Source of the DNA: Malacoraja senta
Taxonomy: Eukaryota
DNA: 20,000 nt
Assembly: GCA_038087875.1 (NCBI GenBank)
Contig: JAXLNO010000627.1
Coordinates: 544,776-564,775, forward strand
Direction of reading: 5' to 3'
Shown one piece after another: positions 1 to 10,734 of the stretch. The translations under genes were made by a program, and so were the position numbers. How positions within the stretch are numbered: position 1 is the first letter of the stretch; each line of letters starts with the position of its first letter. The notes beneath the pieces were generated by a model. It saw only the letters and a program-made list of their open reading frames with translations, was not told the DNA's origin and ran no database searches.

Positions 1-2080
1 CTAATGTACTTAAAGGCTACTTGAGCACAAGATCTACATGTGAGGCCACTTTCAGGGAAATGTGCACCTGCACTTACAAGATCCCTATGCTCTACAACAC
101 TCCCCAGGACCTTGTCATTAACTGTGAAGATGCCACCCTGGTTTGACTTTCTAAAATGCAATGCCTTGCACTTATCTTCATTAAATTCCATTAACCATTC
201 CACAACTGAATTACCCAGCTGATCAAGATTCTATTGTAAATTTTGGGAACCATCTTTGCTATCTACAATTTGCCTACCACAGATGTTAGGCCTACTGGTC
301 TATAGTTCCCAGGTTTTTCCTTGCAACCCTTCTTAAATAGAGGCACATTAGCCACCCTCCACTCTTGCGGCACCTCACCCATGTCTAATTATGACTCAGT
401 CGGAGATCCTGCAATTCTTCTCGAGCCACCTACAGTATCCTCGGATATATCAGATCATGTTCAGGAGATTTATATACTTTCAATTACCTTGGGACATCCA
501 GCACGTCCGACCATATTACAGACTGTCCTAATTGAGGACCTTGTCCATCTCCTGCATCACACAGAGATAAACATTTTGGTCCTGGAGGACCCTATTCTCT
601 CTCTATTTACCCTCTTTATCTTAATGTATATAAAATCTCTCTGGATTTTCCTTAATATTATTTCCCTATTTTTTGCCGTCCTGATTTTCCCGAAACTTCC
701 CAGCAGCCTGCAAGTTCTATGCCTCCTTTTTCCAGACCAGAGGCTCAATTTCTCTGATCATGCAGGCTTCCTTACTCCCACCTGCCTTGCCCTCTGCTCG
801 AATTGGATCTTGCATGCTCTGAGCTCATGCCATCACATTTTTAAAAGCATCCCACTTTCCGGATGTTCCTTTGCCTGCAAACAACCTACTCCAATCAACT
901 TGAGCAAGTTCCTATCTCATTCCATCAAAGTTACACTAGTCCCAATTTAGAATTTTAACATGGGCCCACCCTCTCTTAATCCACAATTATTTTAAAGCTA
1001 ATAGAACTGTGGTCACTGGTCCTAAAACACTCGTCCACAGACATTTCAGGCGCTTGCCTGTCCCAATTTCCAAAGAGAAGATCAAGCTTTGCTCTCTCGC
1101 ATCGTGGGCTCTAAATATTGCCTGAGGAAAGTTTCCTGAACTCATTTGACAAATTCCATCCCATCTCAGTCCTTGACACTCTGGCAGTCCCAGTCTATAT
1201 TGGCAAAGTTAAAATCCCCGATGATGATAACCCCATTAGTCAGCTGTTTGCAATCTCCTTGCTCATTTGTTCTTATAATTCTCGTTGACTATTTAAAGGC
1301 CTATAGTACACTCCCAACAAGCTCCGTTTTTTATTTCTCAGCTCCACCCCTAAAACCTTATTGCAAGAGTCATCAGAAATGTCATCTGATTACTGCTGTG
1401 ACATTCTCCTTAATCAATCGAGCAACTCCCCCTCCTCTTTTACCTCTATCTCTATCTTGTACCTCTCGCACCTGTACCCTGGATCATTAAGCTGCTAGTT
1501 CTGTACCTCTCTTAGCCATGTTTTTGTAATGTTTAAAATGTCCTAGTCGCATGTACCTATCCAAGTCTCACCCATCAGGCCTTTCGCACAAAATAGATTC
1601 AATTCAATATAACAGTCCTACATTACTTCCTGCTGTGCTCCTGCCTATCCCGCCTAGTGAGCTTTCTTTATCACCTTCCACACCTAGTTCCAGCCTCTCA
1701 CCTGCTTCTGTTCTGCAGTGGACCCCGCCCACCCAGGAAATTTAATTTAAACCCACCCCGACTATCAGCAACAAAAGTTCCTGCCAGGATATTGGTTCAT
1801 CTCCAGTTCAAGTGCAACGCATCCTTCTTGTATGGATCACCTCTGCCCCAGAAGAGATTCCAATGGTTCAAAAATCTAAATCCCCACCCCTGCAACAACT
1901 CCTCATTTATCTGTCCAACTTTCTTGTACCTACCCTCATTAGCATGTACTGCTGGAGGTCCTGCTTTTGAACCTTTCGTCTAACTACGTATATTCATTTA
2001 GCGGGACCTCTTCCTTTTTCCTAATGACATTTGTGCCAACATGCACAGCACTCACCCTCCCCTTGAGAATGTCCATGCCT
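1..2080 (-). mobile_element. Decayed CR1-clade LINE: ORF1 esterase remnant plus ORF2 endonuclease and RT, with the RT core deleted
   Basis: Minus-strand motifs: GFRFLNHWNLFWGRGDPYKKDALHLNW and VHVGTN (ORF1 SGNH esterase, ~1780-2045), RGKRGGGVA (~1420-1450), IIIGDFNF (~1205-1235), GNYRPVGLTSVVGK (~270-312) joined near 268 to the post-RT LDQLG...KCKALHF. Many stops and frameshifts. Confidence 0.88.
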
Positions 2081-2230
2081 ATCCAAATGCTGGTAGATCC
2101 AGTCCTGCCAAATTCCCCCAAATAACCTTTGTGCCACTGCTGTCAGGCTCACTATTCTGTAGCTCCCTGATTTATACTTGCTGCTCTTTTCAATAATTCC
2201 CTTCTTAAATAGCCTTGTTTAAAACATCTC

Positions 2231-2366
2231 ACAGTGGTGCAGCTGGTAGAGTTGCTGCCTCGGTTCTCCCATCATCTGGCTTTAAACGTGACCTCGGGTG
2301 CTGACAGTGTGGAGTTTACACGTTCTCCCTTTGACCCTGTGTGTTTCCTCTCAACTCCCAAAACAT
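2231..2366 (+). mobile_element. tRNA-derived V-SINE (HE1-like) 5' fragment
   Basis: A-box-like head acagtggtgcagctggtagagttgctgcctc, followed by the V-domain-like gtgtggagtttacacgttctccc...gtttcctc. Confidence 0.75.
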
Positions 2367-2907
2367 TAATGATGGTACTTTCTTTTAATTCTATCTTTTA
2401 CATTGTTCTGTGTTGTGCTGAATGGTGCAATCTGGGTGGGCAAAATGGGAAGCGGGAGTGGGAAGGGGGGAGGGGGAAATGGGAGGAGGGAGAAGGGAGA
2501 GAGTGAAACATATTTACCAAAACGGTGCAATGAAATTCTTATTTGCAGCAGCATAACAGCTCTGTAAACGATAACATAAAAACAAATACATTTTCCGTTC
2601 AATAATAAAAAACAATATTAGTGAAAAACAAAGCAAGCCCAAATATAAAATGAGGGAGATTAACATAGTTGAGGGTCGGATTTTTTTTTTAATGGATGGT
2701 TGATGTGAAATCAAAGATCCTGTTTCCATGCTGTTTATCTCTGACTCTGACTCTTCCACATTGCAGGATGATGGTGTGCAGTATTAAACAAGGCAAGTTG
2801 TTGGGTCGAATGGCCTGTTCCTCTGCAGTAACTTCCATACAAAACACCCTTGTTTTTGCAGCCACTACAATACTAAAGGGTTAACTCTGCCCTGCTCTAT
2901 CATACAG

Positions 2908-2928
2908 AGACTGAGAACAAGGGATCAG
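2908..2928 (+). CDS. Candidate 21-nt micro-exon (phase 1/1; xTENKGS) of an unidentified host gene
   Basis: ttaactctgccctgctctatcatacAG | agactgagaacaagggatcag | GTaacc. Paralogous to 3593-3696 and 10241-10276. Confidence 0.5.
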
Positions 2929-3229
2929 GTAACCATTGATGAAAGGGCTCAGATATAAATTGAGCGAGAAGGAAACAAAGAATTTGTTGAAAGGAGATTG
3001 GCGGGGGGGGGGGGGGAGTGGGTAGAAGGAGGGAACGAACAGATGGAAGCAGAGTTTTCATAGCAATTAGAGTGGAAGGGTTTGTTAAAAACTTGTTTCT
3101 GTGTACAAAATTCAAACCTGCCATCATGACATTTCCAACGGAAACACTCTTCAGATTAATTTGCCAACATTCCCACAATCCTGTTTGTAACATGAAACAC
3201 ACAGACTAAAAACAAAGTACTTTTCATAG

Positions 3230-3238
3230 CAAGCACCG
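3230..3238 (+). CDS. Candidate 9-nt micro-exon (phase 1/1; AST)
   Basis: tacttttcatAG | caagcaccg | GTaaca. It keeps the frame between 2908-2928 and 3593-3696, and its donor flank is paralogous to those at 2929, 10277 and 10580. Confidence 0.4.
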
Positions 3239-3367
3239 GTAACATTTTGTGAAAGGCCACAGATGCAAATTAAGCCACAGATGAAAACAGGACAAAGGGG
3301 GAGTTTATGGAGTGGGGGAAGAGGGAGGCAAAGAAAGTTTTCAAGGCAGTTTGAATTATTGGACTGA

Positions 3368-3476
3368 GTAGGAAGGAACTGCAGATGCTGGTTTAAACGG
3401 AAGGTAGACACAAAAAGCTGGAGTAACTAAGCGGGACAGGCAGCATCTCTAGCGAGAAGGAATGGGTGACGTTTCG
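3368..3476 (-). mobile_element. Penelope-like element terminal repeat (pLTR) fragment
   Basis: ggaactgcagatgctgg...gctggagtaact...ggcagcatctct...gggtgacgtttcg. Same family as the repeat at the 3' end of the GIY-YIG element at 4605. Confidence 0.75.
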
Positions 3477-3592
3477 TGGTATTGTATGGATGTGTCCAGT
3501 GGATGTTCTTCAACATGCTCTGCCCATTAAAGATCCAGTAGGCAGAGCCCTCTGTCCAATGATGCTTCTCAGTATTGTTGTGTTTGTTTTAG

Positions 3593-3696
3593 GAAGCTCG
3601 CTGACTGAGAACAATGGACTCTCCATGTCTGAGGCAGAGAAAACGGCTGGTGAAAAGTCACAGGAATATTCAGCAACGGATGGAAGCAAGGCTGAG
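3593..3696 (+). CDS. Candidate coding exon (phase 1/0): GSSLTENNGLSMSEAEKTAGEKSQEYSATDGSKAE
   Basis: Strong acceptor ttgttgtgtttgttttAG (3591-3592) and donor GAG|GTgaga (3697). Open, purine-rich, non-repeat sequence. Confidence 0.55.
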
Positions 3697-3720
3697 GTGA
3701 GAGAGGGTGCTCGGACTGAG

Positions 3721-4126
3721 AGAGTCATAGAGTCATACAGTGTGGAAACAGGCCTTTCAGCACATCTTGCCCAAGCTGACCAACATGCCCCATCTTCACG
3801 TCCCATCTGCCTGCATTTAGCCCTTATTCCTCTAAACATATCCTATCCATGTACTTGTAGTGATAGTAGCTGTCTCAATTACCTCCTCTGGCAGCTCATT
3901 CCATACACCTACCACCCTTTGCGTTTAAAAAAAAGTTGTGCCTCGGGTTCCTATTCAATCTTTCCCCCCCTCACCTTCAACCTATGGCCTCTGGTTTTGA
4001 CTCCCCTACTCTGGGTAAAAGCCTGTGCATTTATAGTATCTATTCCTCTCACGATATTATATACCTCTATAAGATCACCCCTCATCTTCCTACACTCCAA
4101 GGAATAAAGTCCTGGCCTGCTCAACC
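3721..4126 (-). mobile_element. CR1 LINE 3' end
   Basis: Minus-strand GLYSLECRKMRGDLIEVYNIVRG...TRGHRLKVRG, with the octamer tail seen as agagtcatagagtcata. Confidence 0.88.
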
Positions 4127-4236
4127 AATGAGTGAATTTCCTGTGTCCTTTTCTGCTGTTCCACCCCTGCAATGTTTATCATTGAATTTGAATCCTCCAT
4201 CAATGACTGCCAAGATCACTCAGTGTCTTCTCACAG

Positions 4237-4260
4237 GAACATAGCAAAACAGGAACAAAA
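4237..4260 (+). CDS. Possible 24-nt exon (phase 0/0; EHSKTGTK)
   Basis: Good acceptor gtgtcttctcacAG but weak donor AAA|GTagat. Phase-compatible with 3593-3696. Confidence 0.25.
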
Positions 4261-4319
4261 GTAGATTGCCTGCCCTGTGTCAATGCAATCATATCTGATC
4301 TGCCCCAGGCTTCAACTGA

Positions 4320-4600
4320 TAGAGTCAAAGGAGTCATACAGCACAGATATTGGCCATTCAGTTCACCTTGCCCGCGCTGATCATTAAGAATCCATTTATA
4401 TCACTCCCATATATCAACATATGATCTGTCACGTTCTAGGCCTTGGTGATTCAAGTGCTCATCAAGATTCTTCTGAAATGTTGTGATAGCCTCTGCTGTC
4501 ACCATCCTCTCAGGCAGTGCATTCCCTATTTCAACCATCCTCTGGGTGATAAACCCTGTTAAAGACCTGCTCCTTAACTTAACCCTGTGCCCTCTGCTTA
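4320..4600 (-). mobile_element. Old CR1 LINE 3' end
   Basis: Minus-strand RGHRVKLR...FITQRMVEIGNALPERMV...FQKNLDEHL. Confidence 0.8.
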
Positions 4601-4604
4601 TTAT

Positions 4605-5105
4605 GGTTAGAAACAAGGAACTGCAGATGCTGGTTTACATAATAAAGACAAAATACTGGAGCAAATCAGCGGGTCAGGCAGCATCTGTGGAGTACATGGA
4701 GAGGTGACATTTTGGGTTGGGAACCTTCTTCAGATTGATTGTGGTGGGGAGGGCTGAGGGTGGAAGAAAGGTGGAAGAAATGAGGGGCAGGACAAAGCCT
4801 GGCAAGTAATAGGTGAATACAGGTGAGGGGGGGTTTTGATAGGTAGATGGTCAGACAACGGCCAAAGATGAAAAGATAGATGTCAGACAAAAGGGTTAAA
4901 TAGTTGCAAATTGTGAAGCTAGAAGAAGGAATGTAGGTGGAAGGAGAGGGGGAGGAAACAAATAGGTGCGAGTCCAGGAGGGGCACATGGGGGTGAGAGG
5001 GGCGGTCATCGTTATCTAAAATTAGAATATTCAATGTTCATACCGTTGGGTACCCAAGCTATATGCCGTGCTGTTCCTCCAGTTGCATTTGGCCTCACTC
5101 TGGCA
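4605..5105 (-). mobile_element. Penelope-like element 3' end (GIY-YIG C-terminus plus pLTR with a decayed hammerhead core at 4703-4733)
   Basis: Minus-strand degenerate LEEQH...LG...NGMNIEYSNF (5015-5100), and CTGAAGAaggttcccaacccAAAAtgtc. Confidence 0.8.
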
Positions 5106-5396
5106 AGGTGGGGTTGAATGAGAAAGGGTGAAGGAGGGAGAGAAAGACAGACGGATAGAGATCTACTCAGAGAGCACATACGTCACAAGACCATTTAGAG
5201 TCAAACATCAAGCACCCTGTTACACAAACCCTATACTAACCCATTCTCTCCACATTTGCATCAGCAGTTCCCACTCATCTTCATGTGGAGGTAATGTACT
5301 GAAGGCAATGGCCCTATTAACCCACATGTCTTAGTCACAATGACTGCCCTGAAACAGGCCCTTTTACCCATGCTGACCAAGATGCCAATTTAACCA

Positions 5397-5585
5397 TGTG
5401 CTGCTGTAAAACGGACCCCGCACATACCAAGACAAGTATTCTTTTTGTTCTCTCTCTTGCCAATAAATCTGATGTGTTCATGTACCAGAGGGGTTCACCG
5501 ACGGGCTGAGTCATGATCAGTGCCGTGGACGGAGACAGAGAGAGAGGTGTGCTGCTGTAAAACTGGAACCCGCATCTACCGAGAC
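5397..5585. repeat. Imperfect 37/38-bp direct repeat (period 151) around an AATAAA-containing spacer
   Basis: tgtgctgctgtaaaacggaccccgcacataccaagac (5397-5433) versus tgtgctgctgtaaaactggaacccgcatctaccgagac (5548-5585). Confidence 0.75.
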
Positions 5586-5946
5586 CACACCTGGAGTATT
5601 GTGTGCAGTTTTGGTCTCCAAATTTGAGGAAGAACATTCTTGCTATTGAGGGAGTGCAGCGTAGGTTCACAACGTTAATTCCCGGGATGGCGGGACTGTC
5701 ATATGCTGAGAGAATGGAGTGGCTGCGCTTGTATACTCTGGAGTTTAGATGGATGAAAGGGGATCTTATTGAAACATATAAGATTATTAAGGGTTTGGAC
5801 ACTCTAGAGGCAGGAAACATGTTCCCAATGTTGGGGGAATCCAGAACCAGGGGCCACAGTTTAATAATAAGGGGTAAGCCATTAGAATGGAGGTGAGTAA
5901 ACACATTTTCACACTGAGAGTAGTAAGTCTGTGGAATTCTCTGCCC
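5581..5946 (+). mobile_element. CR1 ORF2 C-terminal fragment, similar to the young copy at 17172-19874
   Basis: RPHLEYCVQFWSPNLRKNILAIEGVQRRFT...GDLIETYKIIKGLD...TRGHSL. Confidence 0.92.
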
Positions 5947-7760
5947 TTCTTCAGAATGGTTAGGGATAAGGCAAACAAGAGATACAGACGGTGATGTGGA
6001 GAGACAAAGACCAATGAATGAAAGATATGCAAAACCGTAACAATGATGAAGGAAACAGGTCATTGTTAGCTGTTTGTAGGGTGAAAACGAGAAGCTAGTG
6101 CGACTTGGGTGGGGGAGGGATAGAGAGAGAGAGGGAATGCTGGTGCAACCTGATATGAGATAAATCAAAATTCATACCACTAGGCTGTAAGCTGCCCAAG
6201 CGAAATATGAGATGCTGTTCCTCCAATTTACATTTAGCCTCACTCTGACAATGGAGGAGACCTAGGACAGGAAGGTCTGTTTAGGAATGGTAAGGAGAAT
6301 TAAAGTGTCCAGCAACCGGGAGATCAGATTGGTTCAGGCGGGCTGAGCGAAGGTGTTCCGCGAAATGATCGCCCAGTCTGCGGCGTTTGGTCTCGCCGCC
6401 GTATAAGAGACCACATCTTGAATAAAGGATACAATAGATGTGGTTGGATGAGGTGCAAGTGAACCTCTGTCTAACCTGAAAGGACTGTCGGGGGCCCTAG
6501 ATAGAGTCGAGGGAGGAGGTATCGGGACAGGTGTTGCATCTTTTGCAGTTGCAGGAGAAGGTACCTGGGGAGGGGGTAGTTTGGGTGAGAAGGGATGAGT
6601 TAACCAGGGAGTTGCGGTGGGAACGGTCTCTGTGGAAGACGGAAAGGGGTAGAGTAGAAAAAATGTGGCTAGTGGTGGGATCCCGTTGGAGGTGGTGGAA
6701 ATTTTGGAGGATTATCTTTTGTATGCGATGGCTGATGGGGTGGGAGGTAAGGACTAGAGGGACCCTGTCTCTGTTGTGAATAGGGGAGGGGGAGCGAGGG
6801 CGGAGCCATGGGCTACCGAGGAGACATGAGTAACTGCAACTGCAACTGCAACTTTATTTATATAGCACATTTCATACACGAGGCAGACTCAAAGTGCTTC
6901 ACATAAAAACATGTCATACAATAAAATGAAATAATAAAATGAAATAAAATAGAAGAATTAAAAGAAAATAAAAGCAAAGTTAAAAATGCATTATAGAAAA
7001 GTGCAAAAGTTAAAAGTGCAATGTAGTTCAGATTTAGCTGAAAGCTAAAGTAAACATAAAAGTTTTCAGTCTTGTTTTAAAAGTGGTGAAAGTAGGGGCA
7101 AGTCTTAAATCTTCAGGAAGTTCATTCCAGCTATTTGTTGCATAGTAACTATATCCTGCTTTCCCATGTTTTGTATTTACTCTGGGAATCACTAACAGAT
7201 TGGTCTCAGAAGATCTTAGCGGTCTAGAAGACTTATATAGTGGAAGCATGTCAGTGATATACTTTGGCCCTAAACCATGTATTGATTTATAGGTGAGCAG
7301 CAGGATTTTGAAATCAATTCTCTGACATACAGGGAGCCAATGTAAGGATTTAAGAATTGGTGTAATGTGTTCAAATTTTTTGGTCTTTGTTAGAACTCTA
7401 GCAACAGCGTTCTGAACAAGCTGAGTAAGGGCCGCATCTATGATGGGAGAGGGGATCCCCTGTTCCCTAAAGAATGAGCACATCTCGGATGTCCTAGTAT
7501 GGAACACCTCATCTTCGCCCCAGACGCGGCGTAGACGGGGGAATTGGGAGTAGGGGATAGAATCTTTGCTGGAAGCAGGGTGGGAAGAAGTGTAGTCGAG
7601 ATAGTTGTGGGAGTCAGTGGGTTTGTACTAGACATCAGGCAATAGTCTATTTCCTGTGATGGAGACTGATATCAAGAAAGGGGAGGGAGGTGTCCAAGTA
7701 AATTTGAGTGCAGGATGAAAATTGGTGGTGAAGTTAATGAAGTCAATGAGTTCTGCATGG
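5945..7760 (-). mobile_element. Penelope-like retroelement (RT C-terminus, linker, GIY-YIG), 5'-truncated and interrupted by an L2 insertion
   Basis: Minus-strand YKPTDSHNYLDYTSSHP...SIPYSQF, PGTFSCNCKRCNTC, CTSSNHIYCI..SRCGLLY.GETKR, KLEEQHLIFRLGSLQPSGMN. Reads IDAALT|HVSS across the L2 insertion. Confidence 0.9.
6834..7421 (-). mobile_element. L2-clade LINE 3' end with target-site duplication
   Basis: LVQNAVARVLT...HITPILKSLHWLPVCQRIDFKILLLTYK...FKTRLKTFMF. The 3' tail is aagcactttgag...gtgctatataaataaa(gttgca)n. TSD tgagtaa at 6827-6833 and 7422-7428. Confidence 0.9.
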
Positions 7761-7902
7761 GTCAGGGCCAACATGTTCCTGTGAGAGCAAAGGATAAGGC
7801 TTCTAGGGTTAGGAACCCCAACACAAGGATATTGAGGCACGGTGAAAGAAAACAAAAGAGGCATCTGTCACGTATGGACAGCTGGGATCAAACAAGAGTG
7901 CG

Positions 7903-8000
7903 TTCTCGACCCGAAACGTCACCTATTCCTTCGCTCCATAGATGCTGCCTCACCCGCTGAGTTTCTCCAGCATTTTTGTGTACTTTAGATTTTTCCAGCA
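7903..8000 (+). mobile_element. Penelope pLTR fragment (3' half of the hammerhead core)
   Basis: tctcgacccGAAACGTCacctattcc...gatgctgcctcacccgctgagtttctccagca. Confidence 0.75.
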
Positions 8001-8608
8001 ATTTCTTAAACATTCCAGTTTAACAACATCCTTCCTATATGCAGGGCAACTAATGTTTCAAATACGTCCTCATCAATGTCTTGTACAACTGTAACATAAC
8101 ATCCTAACTTCTATACACAATACCTGGACTGATGAAGGCAAATCTGCCAAAAGATTTTTTGAACATTCTGTCTACCTGTGACACCACTTCCATGGAACCT
8201 CGCGGGGGCAAATATATAATTTCTTGAATATGTCAATATGGGGAGACAAAGTGGTGAAGAAGGGATATGGCATGCTTGCGTTCTTCGGACAGGGCATTGA
8301 GTACAAGAGTTGGGACATCATGTGACACTGGATAGAACATTGGTGAGACTACACCTGGAGTATTGTGTGCAGTTCTGTTCACCATGCTAAAGAAATGATG
8401 TGATTAAGCTAGAGAGGCTGCAGAAGAGTTTCACAAGCATGTTGCTGGGACAGGAGGGCTCAAGATATAAGGAGAGCCTGGATAGGTTGGGAATATTTTT
8501 CTCAGAAGTTGAAGGGTGACCTCACAGCGGTTTATTAAATCATGAGGAGCATAGATAAGATTGGGGAAGATTAATTTTATTAGGGCAGAGTCTAAAGCTG
8601 GGCGTAGG

Positions 8609-8733
8609 GAAGAAGGGCTCCGACCCGAAACGTCACCCAATCTTTTTCTCCAGTGATGCTGCCTGACTTGCTGAGTTACTCCAGCACTTTGGTCTATCTT
8701 TGGTATAAACCACCATTTGCAGTTCCGTGTTTC
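8609..8733 (+). mobile_element. Penelope pLTR inserted in CR1, with a near-complete hammerhead core
   Basis: GAAGAagggctccgacccGAAACGTCacc...gatgctgcctgacttgctgagttactccagc. Lacks the initial CT of CTGA. Possible 4-bp TSD tagg. Confidence 0.75.
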
Positions 8734-9634
8734 TAGGTTTAATGTGTGCCTGGATTTGGGGATATTAGGTACAAGGAGAGGGTAGCTGATATGTGTTTAA
8801 AGTTATGAGAGACATAGATAGAGTAGTCAGTCGGACCTTTTTTCCCCAATGTGGAAATGTCAAACACTGGACGGAATTGCTTTATGGTGAGTGAGGCAAA
8901 GTTTAAAGCAGATGTGTGGGCCTAGTTTTTTTTACACAGAGAGTGATAGATGCCTGGAACGAGCAACCATGGTTGGTGGAGGAAGCAGATACAATAGCGG
9001 GATCAGAGAAGCTTTTACATAGGCACATGGATATGCAAGGAATGGAGGGATATAGACCATGTGTAGTCATGCATCAGGGAGACAGGGCCTTCGGCCCAAC
9101 TCATTTTTGTTGAGCAAGATCTAAGGTATCCATTTGCCCGTATCCCTTTAAATCTTTCCTATCCAGGTACCTGTCCAAGTGTTTTTTAAATGCTGTTATA
9201 GTATCTGCCTCTACTACCTCCTCTGGCAGCTCGTTCCATATACCCACCATCCTCTGAGTGAAAAGGTTGCCCCCCAGGTGACTATTAATACTTTCCTCTC
9301 TCACCTTAAACTATATCCTCTGGTTCTTGATACCCCAACACTGGGGAAAATAACCAGCACATTTACCCTGATTATTTCCCTCATGGTTTTTTACAGGGAT
9401 CATGATTTAATAAACCGCTGTGTAGGGAGAACAGATTATTTTTTATCTTGGAACGTTCAGCAGACATTGTGGACCAAAGGGTCTCTTCCTGTGCTCTATT
9501 GTTCTCTGCTCTAATGTGAGCAGGGCAAGATTTAAATGGGACCTGAGAGACAGCATTTTCACACAGAGGGTGATGGATGTATGGAACCAACTGCCAGAGG
9601 AAGTGGTAGAGGCGGGTACAATTAAGTCATTAAG

Positions 9635-9821
9635 ATAGGCACAAAAAGCTGGAGTAACTCAGTTGGGCAGGCAGCATCTCTGGAGAGAAGGGATGGGTGA
9701 CGTTTCAGGTTGAGACATTCCCATTCCTTCTCTCCAGAGATGTTGCCTGTCCTGCTGAGTTACTCCAGCTTTTCGTGTCTTATCTTTCGTTTAAACCAGC
9801 ACCTGCAGTTCCTTCCTACAC
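9635..9821. mobile_element. Palindromic Penelope-derived mini-element (inverted pLTRs)
   Basis: Arm ~9635-9697 is the reverse complement of ~9720-9785. Imperfect 14-bp TSD attaagtcattaag (9621-9634) / attatggcattaag (9822-9835), inside a CR1. Confidence 0.82.
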
Positions 9822-10240
9822 ATTATGGCATTAAGTTCGGACATGTTCATGGATGGGAAAGGTTTGGAGGGACAAGGGACAGGTACAGGCAAATGGGAGT
9901 TGAGCCAAACAGCCTGTTTGCATGCAGTAGTTGTGCTTCAGCTGCCAATGGCCCGTTTACTGTCTGCCTGCTATGATTCCAGAGCACAGACACCAGTGTC
10001 CAATGTGACATGTTTGAGTACAACAGGAATGATTCCACTAATTTCCCTTTCCAGCCCTCACTGTTCACTGTAGATCCACCACATAACTCAATGCTGCCAC
10101 GTGGGATGATGCTGGTGGGGGTTAAGGTCTGTTGGGTCAAGTGGCCTGTTTTTCTGCAGTAACTTTTAACTATTTGATTCTCGCTCAAGCAGCCATTACA
10201 GGAGCATTGCATGGGTTAATTATGCCTTGTTTTTGAACAG

Positions 10241-10276
10241 ACTGAGAACAAAGGACTGTCCACATCAAGGAAACTG
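10241..10276 (+). CDS. Candidate 36-nt exon (TENKGLSTSRKL)
   Basis: ttaattatgccttgtttttgaacAG | actgagaacaaaggactgtccacatcaaggaaactg | GTaaca. The peptide matches TENNGLSMS of the 3593 exon. Confidence 0.5.
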
Positions 10277-10573
10277 GTAACATGTGGCAAAAGGTGTGAT
10301 GCAAATTGAGCAACAGATGCAAACTGGGGAACAAGGGAGGGTTTGATGAATGGGTAGGAGTTGGTGGGGGAGAGAGAGAGAGCAACAGAGAGAGTTTCCA
10401 TGACAGTTTGAGTCTTACGCTGAATGTCCTGTTTCTGTGCGGTTACTTCAAACTAATTCCTTATTGCTTCTGTGGCCATTATAGATCTAATGAAAACACT
10501 GCATTGGTCAATTCTGCCCTCCCCAAACATCATGTTTGTAACAAAAAGCTCACGGGGTACCTGTCATCTCAAG

Positions 10574-10579
10574 ATGCAG
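10574..10579 (+). CDS. Candidate 6-nt micro-exon (atgcag)
   Basis: cctgtcatctcaAG | atgcag | GTaaca. Positional paralog of the 9-nt exon at 3230. Confidence 0.3.
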
Positions 10580-10734
10580 GTAACATTTGATCAAATCTGA
10601 CGTATGGGAAGTGAACCATAGATGAACACCCAGAAAATTACAGGGATTGGTGGAATGGAGGGACACGGAGTGTGTGAGAGAAAGAAAAAGGCAATGGAAA
10701 TGTGTGATCAAGAGAGAGAGAGAGAGAGATGTTC

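Larger units (their letters stand above)
8010..9900. mobile_element. Cluster of decayed CR1 ORF2/3'-end fragments on both strands (~8010-8200 -, 8240-8608 +, 8740-9060 +, 9065-9392 -, 9510-9900 +)
   Basis: Repeated HLEYCVQF, FFTQRVIDAWNE, LFTQRMVGIWNELPEEVVEADTITAFKKHLD and tggaaccaactgccagaggaagtgg motifs. Confidence 0.8.

Noticed and set aside
321..6168. Long ORFs 321-950, 3466-4107 and 5335-6168 as genes
   Set aside because: They are antisense or chimeric read-throughs of CR1 and Penelope fragments. Only 3593-3696 looks exonic.
3263..10306. ATGCAAAT octamers (3263, 10299) and a CACAGTG heptamer (2230) as signs of an immunoglobulin locus
   Set aside because: No V/J/C coding sequence or spaced nonamer was found. 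The heptamer is the SINE head, and the octamers are part of the duplicated intron flank.
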